From positions 62,001 through 125,482 of the forward strand of contig JYFJ02000533.1 of the NCBI GenBank assembly GCA_000934665.2: a DNA stretch of 63,482 bases, given 5' to 3'. Below the pieces are notes generated by a model that was given only the letters and a program-made list of their open reading frames with translations, had not been told where the DNA came from and did no database searches. Within the stretch, counting starts at the first letter, position 1; the number at the start of each line of letters is the position of its first letter. Below are positions 27,011-45,100 of this stretch, one piece after another. The position numbers and the translations under genes are program-made. Source of the stretch: Catajapyx aquilonaris. Lineage: Eukaryota.

Positions 27011-30000
27011 ATGGATTTTACACTCATTACTGTATTGATCCTATTCACTTTGCCGCCACTTACTACCTGCGGCCTTGTAGGTGAGTCAGTAGTTGTTCTC
27101 GTGAGGGTATAATTGTGCTTAATGCTTCGTACCTTTATTCCCTAGCGACTAAAGAAGAGGATGTCCTTCATTGTAAAGTGACTTCTGGAGCTAAAGATTA
27201 CGCAGGGATTATTCGGCGGTCAAAGTTTGGAAGGTTATGCCAACGTTGGGACAGAAACAGACCGAATAATATACCAGTAATGAATATCGCCGTTTTCTAA
27301 ACTTTTCCTTCGGAGAATGTTGCGCTGCACATTATTTTGTATGGACTAACCTGTTTACAGGCAAAGTACCAGAATGTCAGAAACTTCCCCGATGAGACGT
27401 TGCAGAGAGCTAAAAATTACTGCCGCCAACCAGATATCTCTGAGGATAAACCTCCGTGGTGTTACACGTTGCATCCAGAAGGCTGGGAGGAATGTGAAAT
27501 CCCATTTTGTGAGTTCAGAGGTACGGTAATGTATCTTGCTTGCTTCAGTGCGACGCACTCTATAAATGTTCTGTTTGCAAAATAAGTGCACTGACCATTA
27601 AAACATGATCTTTCTGATTATGTCGGCTGTTCATTTTAAAGCCTTTCTTCCGCAGATTGTCGGTTGACCGGCACTGGCCAGGAATATGCAGGAGACGTGA
27701 ATCGCACTGTGAGTGGTGCATTCTGCATTCCTTGGAGCACTCTATCATCATCTCTGCAGGTGCTTCAAAAATAATTGCATGTGTTCATGACAATACTTAC
27801 CACCGTGTATGATTCCTCCATTGAACTGGTAGGATAAAGACTTTCCCGATGGCTCTGCAAAGCAGGCAGGGTCACACTGCCGCAACCCTGGGTCACGACC
27901 TGGAGGTCCGTTTTGCTTCATTGGTGAAAATGATGATGACTGGGAGCCATGCGACATTCCTTTCTGCAATGGAGATGATAGTAATAAATTGTATCAAGTT
28001 TGATGAGAAATGTTATTAAACCATAATATGTAATTATTATTCCAGGAGGTTGCACAATCGCCACGTCGGGCGTTCAAGGAGCTAAGGAAGAACGGGGACA
28101 TTTTTTTATCGACTTAGATGAGACTAAAAATAGCTGGAATGTTTCAATCCGAGCCTGGTCATTCGAAGGCACCACAGCGACTGCTGTTGTTGCTTTGAGA
28201 ACTATGTCAATTCCCAGCGCAACTGAAGACCTCGTGGAAATTGTGATTGGTAAAAGAAATGGTGAAGTTAATGGCATCAGGAATGTCAGTATGGGAAAAT
28301 TAGATGGCAAAAAAGGTGTAAGTATAGCGATGCAGTGTCATGCTGTAAATAGTTGGTAAATAATTGGCCGTTTCCGTTTCATATAGAGTTACGACTTTAC
28401 ACGACGGCGTCTTAGCCATCTGAAATGGCTCCACCTTCAGATTACTCTTGACACTGTGACAAACATCCTCTCTGTTCGAGAACGAGACAACTCCGTGCCT
28501 TTTCTGAAATACACAGTTCAAGAATCCAATTTGCCCTTCAGTTTTATTACTTTCTACACTGAGAAGGAATTTCCGTTTCTGTGGCAGCTAAATTGCAATG
28601 AAGATCAACCTCATCCGTGCCACGTTCTCACCACAATTGACGAGAATGAGGGATTCTTTCGGCGCCTGCAGCAGAGAGATGAGAATAAGGTTCTGGAATT
28701 TCATGTCCGAGCAATGGCGGAAGGTTGTATAATCCATTTGCGGAGAGGACTAGATGAGTCCACCAGGAGCTGCCTGGTAGCATGCTTTAGAAATATTTCA
28801 ACAATGTGTTGCATTATGAGAGATTTAAGTGGGAGGTGTGACTTGATTTGTCTTTTGCAGATATTGATTGAGCCGGATTCTGCGAGTGTTGGTTGCGCCA
28901 ATGATAATGAACTACAAAAATTTGCTGTCGATAAAAGAAATGTGAAGCAGATGTTCAATTACTTCGAGTGGAGTAAATATACACTTACGTGAGTTCGCTG
29001 GTCTTCAATTATGTGGAGCCCATTTATACTGTTGTTCTTAACGTATTAAACAGAAGTTGTGTTTCAGGATTTCTTCATCAGGACGCATGAAGCTAGTTCA
29101 TTATTCGATTCTAAAGACAACTGAGATTTTTAGTGTAAAACATGCATTTTTCAAAGGCGTTCTATGGTTTGGAGTCCATTCCCTCAGGCAGGCGGTTGTG
29201 CATTGGATATTCGACTGCTCACCAAACCGTAGGTGTACTGAAGATGCATTTTGTAGAATTGTTCAGTGTATGCATTGCCCTCCTGTACTTCAGGTGCAGG
29301 CCAATATATGTTCTCAGAAGAAGACGAGTGCAGCAGGGGACTTGGAACGGACTATGATGGCCACTTGTACGTAACAAGCACAGGCAAAATGTGTGAGCCT
29401 TGGGACACAGCGTCACCAGTGAATGATCGAGATCCTGATTCGAACTACGTAAGTCACTTCTTGGCGCAATTGTAAAACTACATGGCACATGAATTGCCCT
29501 GCTTTATTGGCATTAGTTTTAAATGCAAATATCTTAAATTGTGTTTCTAGACATTTCCTGAATCTACATCTGCAAGGGAAAACAAGAACTATTGCCGAAA
29601 TCCAGATGGTAATGAAAGTGGACTGTGGTGCTATACGATCGTAAAAGATTACCTGAAGGAACCATGCGAGACAAAAAAATGTGACCAAGTTGGTGGGTAT
29701 AAAAGTGCATTCGATTCATATGACGTAGCATTATTGGTTTATTTGGTTTGGCCACCACCCGAATCTCAAATTGTAATAATTTGTATAGATTGCGAAATCT
29801 GTGTCAATGTCAAGTTGGATCCCAGCGTAGGTCATTCTGGCATCAGGTTTGCTTCATTTGGTTCTCGTTTCAGAGTGCCTCACGGCTCTGATTGGCGACG
29901 CGTACGAGGGCAGCATATCAAAGAGCCGATCCGGTTCCGCTTGTTTATCATGGGCAGATGTCCAAAGCAATGTGGCAAGTGCATAAAATTACCACGGCTC

Positions 30001-33000
30001 TAACTACACAATTATTAAAGTCCGCGTTATTGCAGAACATTAGTAAGATGGATCTGGAAGAGGCGGCTTCATTCTGTCGAAATCCCGACAACCGTTTAGG
30101 CGGGCCATGGTGTGTCACCGCAGATGTGTCGACTGGTGAAGTCTGCCTGATCCCCGAGTGCAGCAGGATAGGGGGAGTCCAGTATGACGAGCGTGATCCC
30201 GTAGAAAGAGAGTGCACCATATTGACTCACGATACGTCATCCGACATTATGGCGATTCCTGTGGACTGGAGACAAACCAGGTCAGTCTTCTGGTTGAGGA
30301 GCTGGGACTGGGACAACGAGGGTGGGGCAGTGATCCAACTCAGAGATAGCAATTACATGAAGTGGAACGAAAACAAGATGTATGAAATCGAGATCGGAGC
30401 AGCAGGTCTCATGCCGGCAAGGTCTGCGATTTATTCTGTGCAAGAAGGTAAATCACTGTCTTTCTTCGGAAACTCCGGCCACGTTTACATGTGAGCGATT
30501 CGCTGAGCAATAAGCATCGCTGAGCGATTAATCCAATCATTTGGGGCAAAAGTAACAATCGAGTTTCACCCCAAAACAATTGGTTTCTTTGGCTAGCAAT
30601 GCTAATCGCTCATATAAACGCGGCTTTATACATTGTGATTAAACTATTTGTGGCTGCTATAGCCATGCATTTTCTTGAAAGGAGTCAAAACTGAGCTAAA
30701 GGAGAAGTCGATGACACGCTACATCTCTACGGGTTCCTGGACCGGATTCTGGGTGCAAGCCATCGGAGGAAGAATCCAGGTGTGACGAGCCAAAAAATTA
30801 TCTAATTTGGTCGCTGTCGTTCTCCACTAATCACATTTTCAATTCGTAGTTAGGACGTTTGGGCAGCATTTATCCATTGCTGGAGCACTGGGATCATACA
30901 AACAGTAAATTTGTAGCAAATTTCATCACCTTTTCATCGGCAGGAAACAACTCGCTAGCTTGGAACTTTGGTAGTTGCGACAGTACGTTTCCGAGATTCT
31001 TACAAAATGCTGTGGCCATTCGGATTAGCAAGGCTCACATTTCTTATTGCAGCTTGCATTATGATGTTAACGAGCGGTCCAGGATACACCAAATTTTTCC
31101 CCATTCACATGTGGTCGGAATTCGCTGCTGATTCCACAAGTCATGTCATACAATTGTACGTCAGAGGGAAGCAAGGTGCCAAAATAGCTTTTTACCAGTC
31201 GCCCAACATGGAATATCTTGAACTCACAATAGATGCAGAGGGTGAGAATAAGATGATCTTGAGACTTTACGATGAAAATGGAATGTCCATGGTAGATGAG
31301 AGGTCGCTTGGAGTGAATGTAATGGACGTGGAGAAATGGACGCAGCTTGATATTAGGTAATGTGCACACTTCGTTTGTCATAATATGCACATTTACATTT
31401 CTCTCTCACACAAATTTAAGGTACACAGGGAGATCCTTGGTTATCCAATCCTATGGTGAGGAACTGGCAAAGTGGTCATCAGAAAGTTACTTTCCGGTTT
31501 GGTGGGTCAGCCTTGCTTCCGAGCCAAAAGTTTCCTTGTTTTGGGCCTTTAGGTGTCCGCACCTTCCAGGTAAATGCTACTGCTCATGTTTGTTGTGATG
31601 TCGCAAGAAGCTCATCTTTCCTTCCTGAAAAATTTTGCGCAGATTTGGAGCCTCGAGATGGGGGATGGTCTGAGTGGTCCGAGTGGCAGTGTTCAGTGAC
31701 CTGCGGTGGAGGAACAGGCGTCCGCACTCGAACCTGCACCAATCCCAAGCCTGGCGAGTTGTTTGGCGCTCCTTGCATGGGAAAGGATAAGATGGTTGGA
31801 CGCTGCAATGAATTCCAGTGCGGAGATGTCTCTAGGGGTAATAATGTGAATGCTTCCATGATAAGGATGTGTTACAACTGCAAATTTCCTACCTGCAGAA
31901 GTTATAAAGGAGTTGCGGAAGAGGTTGACGGAGGAGGCCAGGAATAAGGATGTGGGTGCAGGAAACCTGGTTTACCTCACGTGCCCTGCTGACATTATCT
32001 CTACTTTAAAGTCTCAGTCCCCAGAATCCGAAATATTTTGGATGAAAAACGCTGTTCGATTGTTGGAAGAGGACATCAAGGCAAATGGGAGGTTGACTAT
32101 GGCTGCAGACCACAGCGAACTCAGTAAGTATGCAAAGTTGACTTGCTGAACATGTCTGACGTAATTGCTAAATAATTTGTGTGCATTTCAGAAATTTGGC
32201 CTGCCCAACCAGAAGACACTGGCTTGTATGTCTGCACATTCGAGAGCGCGAAGCACAAAATAACTGCAATAGAAGTGATTGCTGTGGTAGTAAGAGCCAC
32301 GAACAAAACCCACTCCGCAATGGAGGGAGATAGTTTTGACCTCAAGTGCAACGGAGAAATCTTGGGTCTAATTTACAGTGACCTGCAGCTGCGGTGGTTC
32401 CTAAATGACAATCTGCACTTGGACTATGGGATCGTGCCAGTCCATGCGGTATGTAGCTTGCCATGCTTGTACATACGCAGAACTAACGTCGCAATGATTT
32501 CAGCTGGACACTGAAACTTTGAACCCTGTCTCCGAAGCCATGGCTGGCGTTTGGACATGCGAGGTCACCCAGGTAGACCTGCGCTTGAAGTGGGTGACCA
32601 GTTGGGTCAGACTTCAAGGTAACTTATCTGTATGCCCATGAAGGTATGACAACTAAAACTATTTTCCGCAGTCCAGCCATCACCTACCATCTTCCACACC
32701 CTACAGAATCTGTCCGTTCCAGCAAAAGCTGCCATCATAATCTGCATAGTTGGCTTCATACTAATCACGTTCATCACCTGCTTTGCAAAAACGTAACTAA
32801 TCATTTTTTACTCATCCTAATAATAATAATAATGATGATGATTAATTTGCAGGATCGTGGGTACATGTTACAAACTATGGACCTGGTGTCATAAGGAACG
32901 AATGGAGGAGGTGTCAGTCCTGTCACCTCTGCTGCCCAGCAAGGAGCTGAACCCTGGAAGCTACGACTACGAGACTATGTCTAGGTACCAGGCACCACTC

Positions 33001-33024
33001 TTCACTCCTGAATTTAATGAATAA
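27011..33024 (+). CDS. Uncharacterised type I membrane protein: signal peptide, (kringle x2, FAMeT/Methyltransf_FA-like x2) x2, TSP1, Ig x2, TM, short cytoplasmic tail; about 20 or more exons
   Basis: Signal peptide MDFTLITVLILFTLPPLTTCG. Four kringles (NYCRQPD..PPWCYT, HCRNPG..GPFCF, NYCRNPDG..LWCYT, FCRNPDNRLGGPWC). FAMeT-like repeats (e.g. YEIEIG...WTGFWVQAIGGRIQLGRLG...W). TSP1 GGWSEWSEWQCSVTCGGG..RTRTC. Ig motifs DTGLYVC and AGVWTC. TM AAIIICIVGFILITFITCF. Stop at 33022-33024. Confidence 0.8.
30477..30625. mobile_element. PIF/Harbinger-type MITE in an intron of the kringle gene; same family as 61584-61744
   Basis: Inverted ends GCCACGTTTACATGTGAGCGATT...AATCGCTCATATAAACGCGGC. The internal AATCCAAT(C/T)ATTTGGG(G/T)CAAAAGTAAC is shared with the element at 61584. 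Confidence 0.7.
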
Positions 33025-33188
33025 ATATGTTGATTAGAAAATCCCATCAAATTAATTTGCTTTTCGCGGGTTACTTTGAAACATATCGATACGCAGAATA
33101 TTGGGATATTATGTTCCGTAAGGGCCAGTGTATTTTTACTCCTGATATAACCCTCATTTCACCTCACATCAGCTTTAATGACCAACAC

Positions 33189-33360
33189 TGTACATTTTGT
33201 AATGACAAGGCCAAGTCTGATTTAGTCAGTTTTTATTTGGTTCAAAACACACTGCAAACATTGCGACATCAAAAGGTTTAAAACACAAGAATGTACACCT
33301 GAAACCTAATGCATAAAAATCATTTGAAACTTTTTTTCAGCTAACAGAAACAAAACCAGA

Positions 33361-33379
<19 letters not shown>
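33189..33379. repeat. Right (uninterrupted) copy of the 191-bp direct duplication; cathepsin D 3' UTR plus last codons
   Basis: Near-identical to 25901-26217 once the 126-bp insertion is removed. Confidence 0.95.
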
Positions 33380-36573
<3,194 letters not shown>

Positions 36574-39500
36574 CGTGCTTATTGCTTCTGACTTCCAACT
36601 TCAAGCTGCTGACCAGTCCTTTATCTTATCCGAATGTCGTAGTTGCGGAGTGCAAAGAAACCGCACAAAAATAATGCCGGCGCAACCACAGCTGAGTCAC
36701 CGTCGCAAAAAAAAAAACAAGTTCGCAAAGTCACGAGACAAACTCCGCGTGATCACACATGCTTGCGAATCCTCATCCATTTTTGGCACTGACCAATCTG
36801 ATGAGACACTGAATGGCCAATCGGGAACTGACTTCAGCCAAAAATGATGTGCCGTTTCAACAGATACGAATATTCGAAAGAAAAAAAAATAGCACGTACT
36901 GTATACATATATATGCTACGTACTTTCATATCAATATTTTCCGCTAATTATGATCTGTTAAATTGAATTATTTGTATGAATCTGTCATCATATCGTTAGT
37001 ATCGTATGATTGCCGGGCTTTTTAAACGTCATCATACGTATTTTAGTAAATTCGAAAAGCCCAAACTTTGTCATTCTAACATCAGAATTGCGCTAATTCC
37101 ACAATTTTGCATATTGAGCGTACAGTAGACCTGCAAACGAGTTATTTGCGCAACGTGTCGCATTCCCACAAGTGTCGTCTAGCAATCATTTTGCAATGCC
37201 AAAATTGCATGCAACTTTGCCTTGGGGACAGAAATAACATTTGAGTTGAAATGTTGAATTTTTTGTCACTGATCATGATGTGCAATATTCGAATTGTTTT
37301 GGGGTCGACAAGTCGTGTCATAATAATAAGGTGTGACAGTATACTCTTCATATTCTTATGACACAAGTCATGCATTCTGAAATCCCTTTAACACTTTTTT
37401 TTTAAGGCTGCGAGAGGGAATTTATATCCCCCTTGGTTGTCGTATTTCCATTTAGCTTCAGCTTTGACGTGAGCTTGACCTTTTGCCAGGAGGGTATATA
37501 TTACGCCTCGTTTCTTATAGAATGCTTATTATAAGTCCACGCTCGTAAATATTTCAGCTGAACCATACATCTTTGAAAAATCTGGGCCCACTCTTCTTAC
37601 AGTATACTATATTTTCAAGAATTTCTGTAGGCGACTGTGACTGATTTAGCAGAAAAATGGCATGCCCACCACCAGGAAGAGCTATGCCTACCTCAATTTT
37701 GACCAAACGTTATGCATCATTTCAGACCGTCATTTTCTTTCACTGTACAAGTTTTTGGTGGTACTACACAAAGATTTGGTTACGTCAACAATAAGATTAG
37801 TTCCACATAAACCATCTCTTTCAACAATAAAACCGCGTACTTGCAGCACAGAACTTTTGTGTTCTGATAATATTTGTACATTAATAACAAACCAGCTCTC
37901 TTGGCTCATAAGCCACTCACACAACCCTGCAGTGTTATCACATAATATTAATACCATGTTACAGCAAATTTACTGATTGCGTAATCTCAAGTGTTATGCA
38001 CGGTTATGCACCTACACCTATCTTATGACAGCATATAATTCCACGTAGGACGTAAAAGCGACATATGAATTTTCAACACCCCATGGTATCCACCTACTCA
38101 GTGTACTACACGGTCATAAATCAATGGTTCTACGTGTGAAAACCTGTACGGATCATTATTGTCGCCTCGCTTCAGCAGGAATGAAGGCCAAGGGCGGAAA
38201 GAATAAATGCAAAGAAGTCTCAGCATTTACTTCCTATACACACCAACATTATGCCCTCATTGCCAGCTGAGATCAACAAATGACGTCACACGTGTCATAC
38301 CGTAGGCGGTACAACATCCTTGATAAATCTTACACCTGTTCAGAAAAAATTGTGTGGAGGTTTTTTTTCTTCAGTTGAATAACTTAAGAGTATAACCTTC
38401 GATCTTCTTCTTCCTCCGCAAAAATCAGGGTGCAATACTTTCTTCCTGCAAACAACCTTTGATTGTCAGTATTTGATGGAGCCGTCATTGTTTCCTTGCC
38501 CTTTTATTGCAAAGCCCAAGGCACCAGCAGAAAATATACTGTTGGGGATTGATTGCATAGACATCATGCTGAGAATCACCTCCGCCAAAGGATGCCTGGC
38601 AACAATGGGTCACAAAGGCCTCCTGCAGAGAGCGGTGTCGTTTGCCACCCCCAAATTTTTTCGTCTTCTTCTTCTTCTTCTTCTTATCCTCGTTTTTTTT
38701 CCTGTCTCTAGAGTCTAGAGAGAATGTTCTGGCTTAACGACGTGCATCATTTTGATGGAAGTTATTGCTCTCGAGGGAAGATGTAGAGCGGGACGGGAAA
38801 AAAAAGTATTTCGCCAGTTTTGCAGAATGGAATTAATTACGTGGAAAAGTTATGCTGATGTATTGTGTGGCCCCCAAAAAATTGGGTAACCCATCGACAC
38901 AATGGCATAGCAAAACACGAGCAAAAAAAATGGTTAAGACAAAAATTCAACAATGTGAAACGATACACCAGCTGCATTTTTAATATGAAGTTACGTATAT
39001 ATACCCTTTGTAATTAACATATGCAGGGATATTCTTTGATCATTAGTTGCAGTATAGACTGTTTATTAACTAATTTTTTCTTACTTGTTAAATCATTGTA
39101 CAGTATGTCCTATAGATGTTTACATATACATAAATTGCGTCTTAATTTTTTTTTCTGGCTAGGTTCCGCCCAATAATATTCCTGTGCCCCACCCATATAT
39201 AAAGCAAGCTCATTTTATGATTTACTCTCGTAAATCCAGTTATGCAAGAATGAACTCAAGCATCAAGCACTAATTCCATTCCCCCTGCAGTCCCAGAGCT
39301 TTAATTGATAATTTACAACCACCCCATTTTTTTATTATCTCCCACTGTTTTTCTCCTTTTGAAACCATGATGTCACATCAGTCCTAATTTACACAGGAAG
39401 TTTCCCCCCCAAATAGTCCCAACCCAATCAGCATTTAGCTCTAACATATTAATACCACCCACAGCAGACTATCGAGGGGTTAACCTCCCCGCCAACCGCG

Positions 39501-42101
39501 TATTGATTCAAGTCTATCGAGGTCTATAGGCTGTGTGTGACACACGCGCTATGCAAACCCTGGTAGCTTTTACTTTTTAGCCTCTCGCCATATTTCCCAG
39601 CCTGCTGTGTGCAATGGGACCGTCGGTAGGGCGTCGCAGGCGTCGAGGGCGTCAGTGGGTCTTGAACTAGGTGCCAAACAAGTACAGCCTCCTCCTCCAA
39701 CAACCCACAGGTAATTTCCATATTCCATATTCAATTTATTTTATTTATTTCAAAAATAATCTATGCGAAATTCCAAACAATGGCGGGAAAATTTGACCTT
39801 GCAATGACCAGGTCACATGTGAGCTTCCTGGATAAAAGTCTATAGCCAGGCTCCCTCATCGATCCCGTTGCGGAGGTGAATGTATAGGCTACAGCTGGGG
39901 GAGAGGATCACTATTGCTCTTCCGGGGAGACTCTTTTTCCGGTGGTACATTTTATAATCCGGTACATTTGTCCTCCCCCCAAAAAAATCGGGTCCAATGT
40001 GTGATAAATTATTCATTAGGTGCGATTCCTTTTTGTGGATGCTGAGTCCGTAAGAGGAAGTCCTTTTTTCTTAACTTGATTTGTGGAGGATGCGCGACTA
40101 GAATTCATTTAGATAATCAGATGGTATTGTCTCATCAAATGTGTCAATAGATTCGTACCGTGACGTCATTAATTTGCGTATTGAATAAGGGAAAGGGTTC
40201 ATAGCCTTTTATGACCAATTTGCATAATCAGGGCGTGGGCGCTTTTATTTTTTTTCTCGGTATTGGTGGTGAAAGTGACCACGTTTTTTCCTGACCTACC
40301 TGCTGCGTGACCCTTTGCATGCATGTTGATCGGTGTCGCGAGGTCACAAGGGCGGCGTATTTGTGTCTGTAGGTACAGTAGGTACTTGCTCTCTTTACAG
40401 ACCTTCCCATTTTCCAGGCGACGATCGATGTAGCCCTCTTTGGATGAGGTAAGAGGCCACGGGCGATACTCAAAATCAGGGCCTATCGTTTATAGGGGTC
40501 CTGAGAATAGAGACGTGTCCTGAATTGAACATTTAGGACAGATCATACAGCTCGGGAGTTACGACTAATCGCTTTTGGCTCGTATCAGCAGTTGGAGGCC
40601 GGAAGAGATGGAGGGAAAAAAATTGGCTAAGTTTGGGAAGCAATTTTTGAGTTATTTCTAGCCTCATGCATTATAAACGCCAAGGGCATCGGACGATCGA
40701 ACCATTCAATGAGTCGACAGGATGATTCATTCGGCATAGTGCATCAATACATAATGCGGCTTATTACGCGCGTATAATCCCGTCACGTCATTACAGTTCG
40801 GATATTTTCTTAAGTGTGATGGATTAACGACTAGTGTAATCATTAATGACGTATAGCAGTGTTTTCATTTGATTTAGCAAAATGGATAAAGCGTGATTTA
40901 TTTGTGTCAAAGGACGAGCTTCCTTTTTATGCCGATTAGAGAAACCGCAAGTAAACATATGCAGTTCAAGTCACTTTTTTGGGCGATAAGCAGCAGATTT
41001 GGTAAGTTCAAACCTTAAGCCCTAATATTGACAAACGATTCTGTCCAGTCTATTAATCGCGAGTAATCATACGAAGGTGTACACTTGCAAGTGGGGCAGT
41101 TTACCCCTTTTGATACTACGCACTAAAAATAGCATGCGCATGAAATTGCGTCTGAATAAGGGCAAACGTAATGAAGTATGACAGGATTATAAACAAGTAA
41201 TAACGGGTTACGTAGTCCGGATAGTCTTCTCAGCTATAAATTAGTAGGCCACATGCAGCTAAATAATGCCATCCTTTGTATTAATCCTTAATGGTCAAGG
41301 GGGCCTTGCTCGTCCTTTGTGGAAACTTCGGTGTACTCATTTGAGCAAATCATGAAAACATGTAGTTCTGGAGCAATTATTACACTGGCAGTGAAAATTA
41401 GTAAAAACACATGAACTCATAAAGGATAATGAAATTTCAAGTACATGTATACAGTATGTTTAAATACTATTCATTTTGTGATTGTACAACTAGTACAAGT
41501 ATGATTGTAGCATATCACGTCCAGTGTACTGTAGGGCCTACATTTATTTCAGAATTTGTTGTGGATAGGCTACATATGTAAACATTGCAGATGCCCCCTT
41601 TTATCTTAATTTTTTGAAGGCTGCTCGTTATCGCCTATTGTCATGCTATAGCCTTGAATCACCCACTTGTGATAGACCACCACACGGTGACATTCCGGTA
41701 GCCTAATCTGCCAGATAATCGGAAGAGACGACATCCTGCCCTACCCACACGACCATTGCATAATTTTGGGAAGACACGCGCAAGGTCAACCTTTAAACAA
41801 GAAAAAAAAGAGAATTACCATCTTAATGATTTTCTCCCGTCTCTTCCTTTTTCCAATCGTGGGCAAAGCCGTCGTTTGACTTGGAAATATCCTCCATAGT
41901 AGGCGGTACATTTTGTTCCCTCTTATCGGTGGCGAGACTTGGCAATCACGCTTCCAAGCTCTGAAAGGAGAGGCGTGGGGGTCCCCTCTCTTTGGTAGTG
42001 GGAAACACACCACAAGCCTTCAGAAGCCATCCGGAGGACCTTCTGGTAGGAAGCACAATTTTTGTTGCTTTTCCAGGAGGAGGAGGACACACGTGTGAGC
42101 G

Positions 42102-45100
42102 ATGCAACGACCACGAAGGTGCTTCCAGTTGCCCCCGGGCCCTCCACCTTCGTCGTCTTATTACTATGGACGACAACAGCAACATGTCAACGGTGGTAAG
42201 GCCGAACCTCTGCCGTCCCCTCAGACTGAGGAAGAGTGCTTCGAGAGGTTCCAGGGACGGATTTTCGCCCATTATGAGCGACAGCTATTGCCACTCAAGG
42301 AGGACCTGGCCGATTGGCTCAATCGGACCATGGGTAAGTTCGATGCTCTTCAATTGCTCCAATTGATGCAAATTACAATGATTCATATGTCAGGTTACAT
42401 GAACGCAAATTATAAGGAGGGTAATTTTTAATATATCATTTTTGCGGTACTGTAATGAGACAATTGTGGGCCGTCCAAGTATGTCACACTGAAGTCCATA
42501 TTCAAAGCAGTCACACAGCCGGACACCCCTCTTCAAACAACCTAACTTTCGGTTTTGTTCCCATAAAAAGTGCCTTTGTGTTAATAAGTTTTCTGGTACC
42601 GGTACTTGAATGGTTCACCAACCACGTGCTGGCTAACTAGATGTGACAGTTGATGACATGTGGACAACCCCCCTTTATCCCCGCGAGTAATGAACTCCAG
42701 GGGTTATCTATTCTTGACCTTGGTTAGGGGATACCCCGAAGCCCCAGTCAAGGGTGGAAAGTCCATCTTCTGTTTCCATTTTTGAATGAATGGGACAGGG
42801 TTGTCATATTTCCTGAACCTTATGACTATAATGGTCGGGTTTAATTTAGAGGGCGTAAAACTGGAGGGGGGTGAAAAAAAATGGGTGCACCGCATCTTTA
42901 TAAATGGGAGCAGTTGTGGTTGTTTTCGTCGCGGCGCAACACAAAATATTCGCGCCCCTTGTACAGTTAAGATGGCATAATTTCACAGGTGAGTGGCCAC
43001 ATGTCTACTTCACGCCTGAAAACACCTTCCTAAAAAGGGAACCTCCTTTATATTCCGCCCTTTTTTTCCTTGCATCTCTCTTTTTCTCCGCATTGATATC
43101 TTTGTTGGCCCCTTTCTGGCACAATAGGTACCGAGCACGTGACAGCAGACAACTTTCTGAGCGAGTTGGACACAGGAGTCCAGCTTTGTCTGCTGGCTCG
43201 CGAATTGGAGAAGAGATTGGCCAAAGCACGTGTGCAAGGAAGGTGGTCCAAACCTCTGCCGAAACTCACTGGGTAATTCCCGCTTCAGTTTGAACCAGCT
43301 TCGGCAACTAGCCGCTTGGAGGTGGAGAGCGCCAAATTTGAATTATTTTTTCTCTATATTCCAGCCGAGTATGGGAAAGGGCGGCCAAGAGGAGCTTCTA
43401 TGCACGTGACAATGCACACAATTTCCTCCGGTTCTGCCGTTCCCTTGGGGTGCATGAGAACCTGCTCTTTGAGAGTGACGACTTGGTGCTACATGGTCAG
43501 CCGAGGAGTGTGGTGCTTTGCTTGCTGGAGGTTGCCAGGCTGGCTGCACCGGCTGGTGTGGAGCCTCCAGGTCTGGTCAGCCTGGAGAATGAGATTGAGG
43601 AAGAGCAGAAGACGGAGGAGGAGGAGAAGGCCAAGAACCATACAGTTGCTGATGAAATCCAGCAGACTGCAGCGGCAGATGAGGCCAGGACGACATCACC
43701 TGCTGGGAGCTCTTCATCAGGAGCATCTTCACGAATCAAGTTTTGCAGGTTGGCAGAATAGCTTTTGATCACTACAAATTTTAGACAGATAATGAAGTTA
43801 ATGCCACAATTTGTAAAAGCACCATGAAGTGCACATAATATTAGAACTAAAATAGTAAAACTGCAAGTGGCTTCTGTGCTAATGTAACGAACTGATGTTG
43901 GTTCCAACAGCAGTGCGGTGCAGACTGGCGATGAGTCTGAAGGAGAGCTTGGAGGTGGCGCACTGGACAGTAGCGGCTATGACAGCCTTGGAGGGGGCAC
44001 CCAGGATGAGCACGTGTCGGAACTGGAGCAAAAGGTGCGCAACTCCTCCTTTCTTACTAACACACTGTATGGAAGAGTTACAAGTGTGTGAATGCGACTG
44101 ACTCTTTGACTTGGGGGCATGGCATAGCCTACATATCATATGCTGTATATTATACATACACACACATACAAGAAACGAACGAACAATCTTTTTTGGGGGA
44201 TCCCCTTTATTACCCTACCCCCCTCTCCCCTGCTGGCTGCGGCTTCGGCTCCGGATTCCGGCTCCTTCGCTGCCTCCGCCACGGGGGCCGTCCCTCCTCT
44301 TACTGTTCACCCATCACCAAAATCACCATCACCTCCATCATCACAACCACCACCTCCATTACCACCACCACCACCACCACCACCTGCTGCTGCAGCGCCT
44401 GCCAACCACCAAGGTAACAAAAAATCATGGAATGGCACCACCAATATGGATATTCCCAATTCTACTTTTTCAAGAGCATTACAGACGTCACACAATGTTC
44501 TGAGGCTGACTGTGAAAGAAGCTTGCAATGCGTCATGAGGATAGAAGTAATGGAAAATTTGCATTGTACTATTCAAAGTATTATTAAGGCGCTGTAAAAT
44601 ATTGATAAATAATAATCTATAAGTGCAACAAGATATCAAAATGGGGACAACTTCATTGATAATAACCAGAGCAAATATATTACCCTTCATCCCAAGAGCT
44701 AATAAAGTTGTTGATGTAGGCTAATCTTATCATCCCTACAATTTGTCCAATATCCAATCTGAAACATTACTTTAAATTAGTTAGTCGGGAAAACAAAGAG
44801 AATATTGCAACGTTCTTGAAAATGGTACCGTACTGTGCCATAACAACGGATATAATCTTGTTGGATAAGTTAATTAAGATTATAATTGCAAAACATTGTG
44901 TGACGTTTGGACTGCTCATTATAAAGCATCAATAATGCAAGCGCTTTTCCTTTTTCGTTCTTGCAGGTTATTTGGATGACTGCATGGCGATTAAATTTAT
45001 TTTTGTGCACTTTGATGACTGCAGTGTCAGCTTAATATGGATATGTACAAAATATTTTTGACTGCATCATGTCTTTTTGTTTTATTTTTTTAAACAGGTT

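Noticed and set aside
36850..42000. Hidden gene in the 5 kb interval between cathepsin D and GAS2-like
   Set aside because: Only short ORFs without motifs. A donor-like CAG|GTAATT at ~39710 may mark a non-coding GAS2-like exon but is unsupported.
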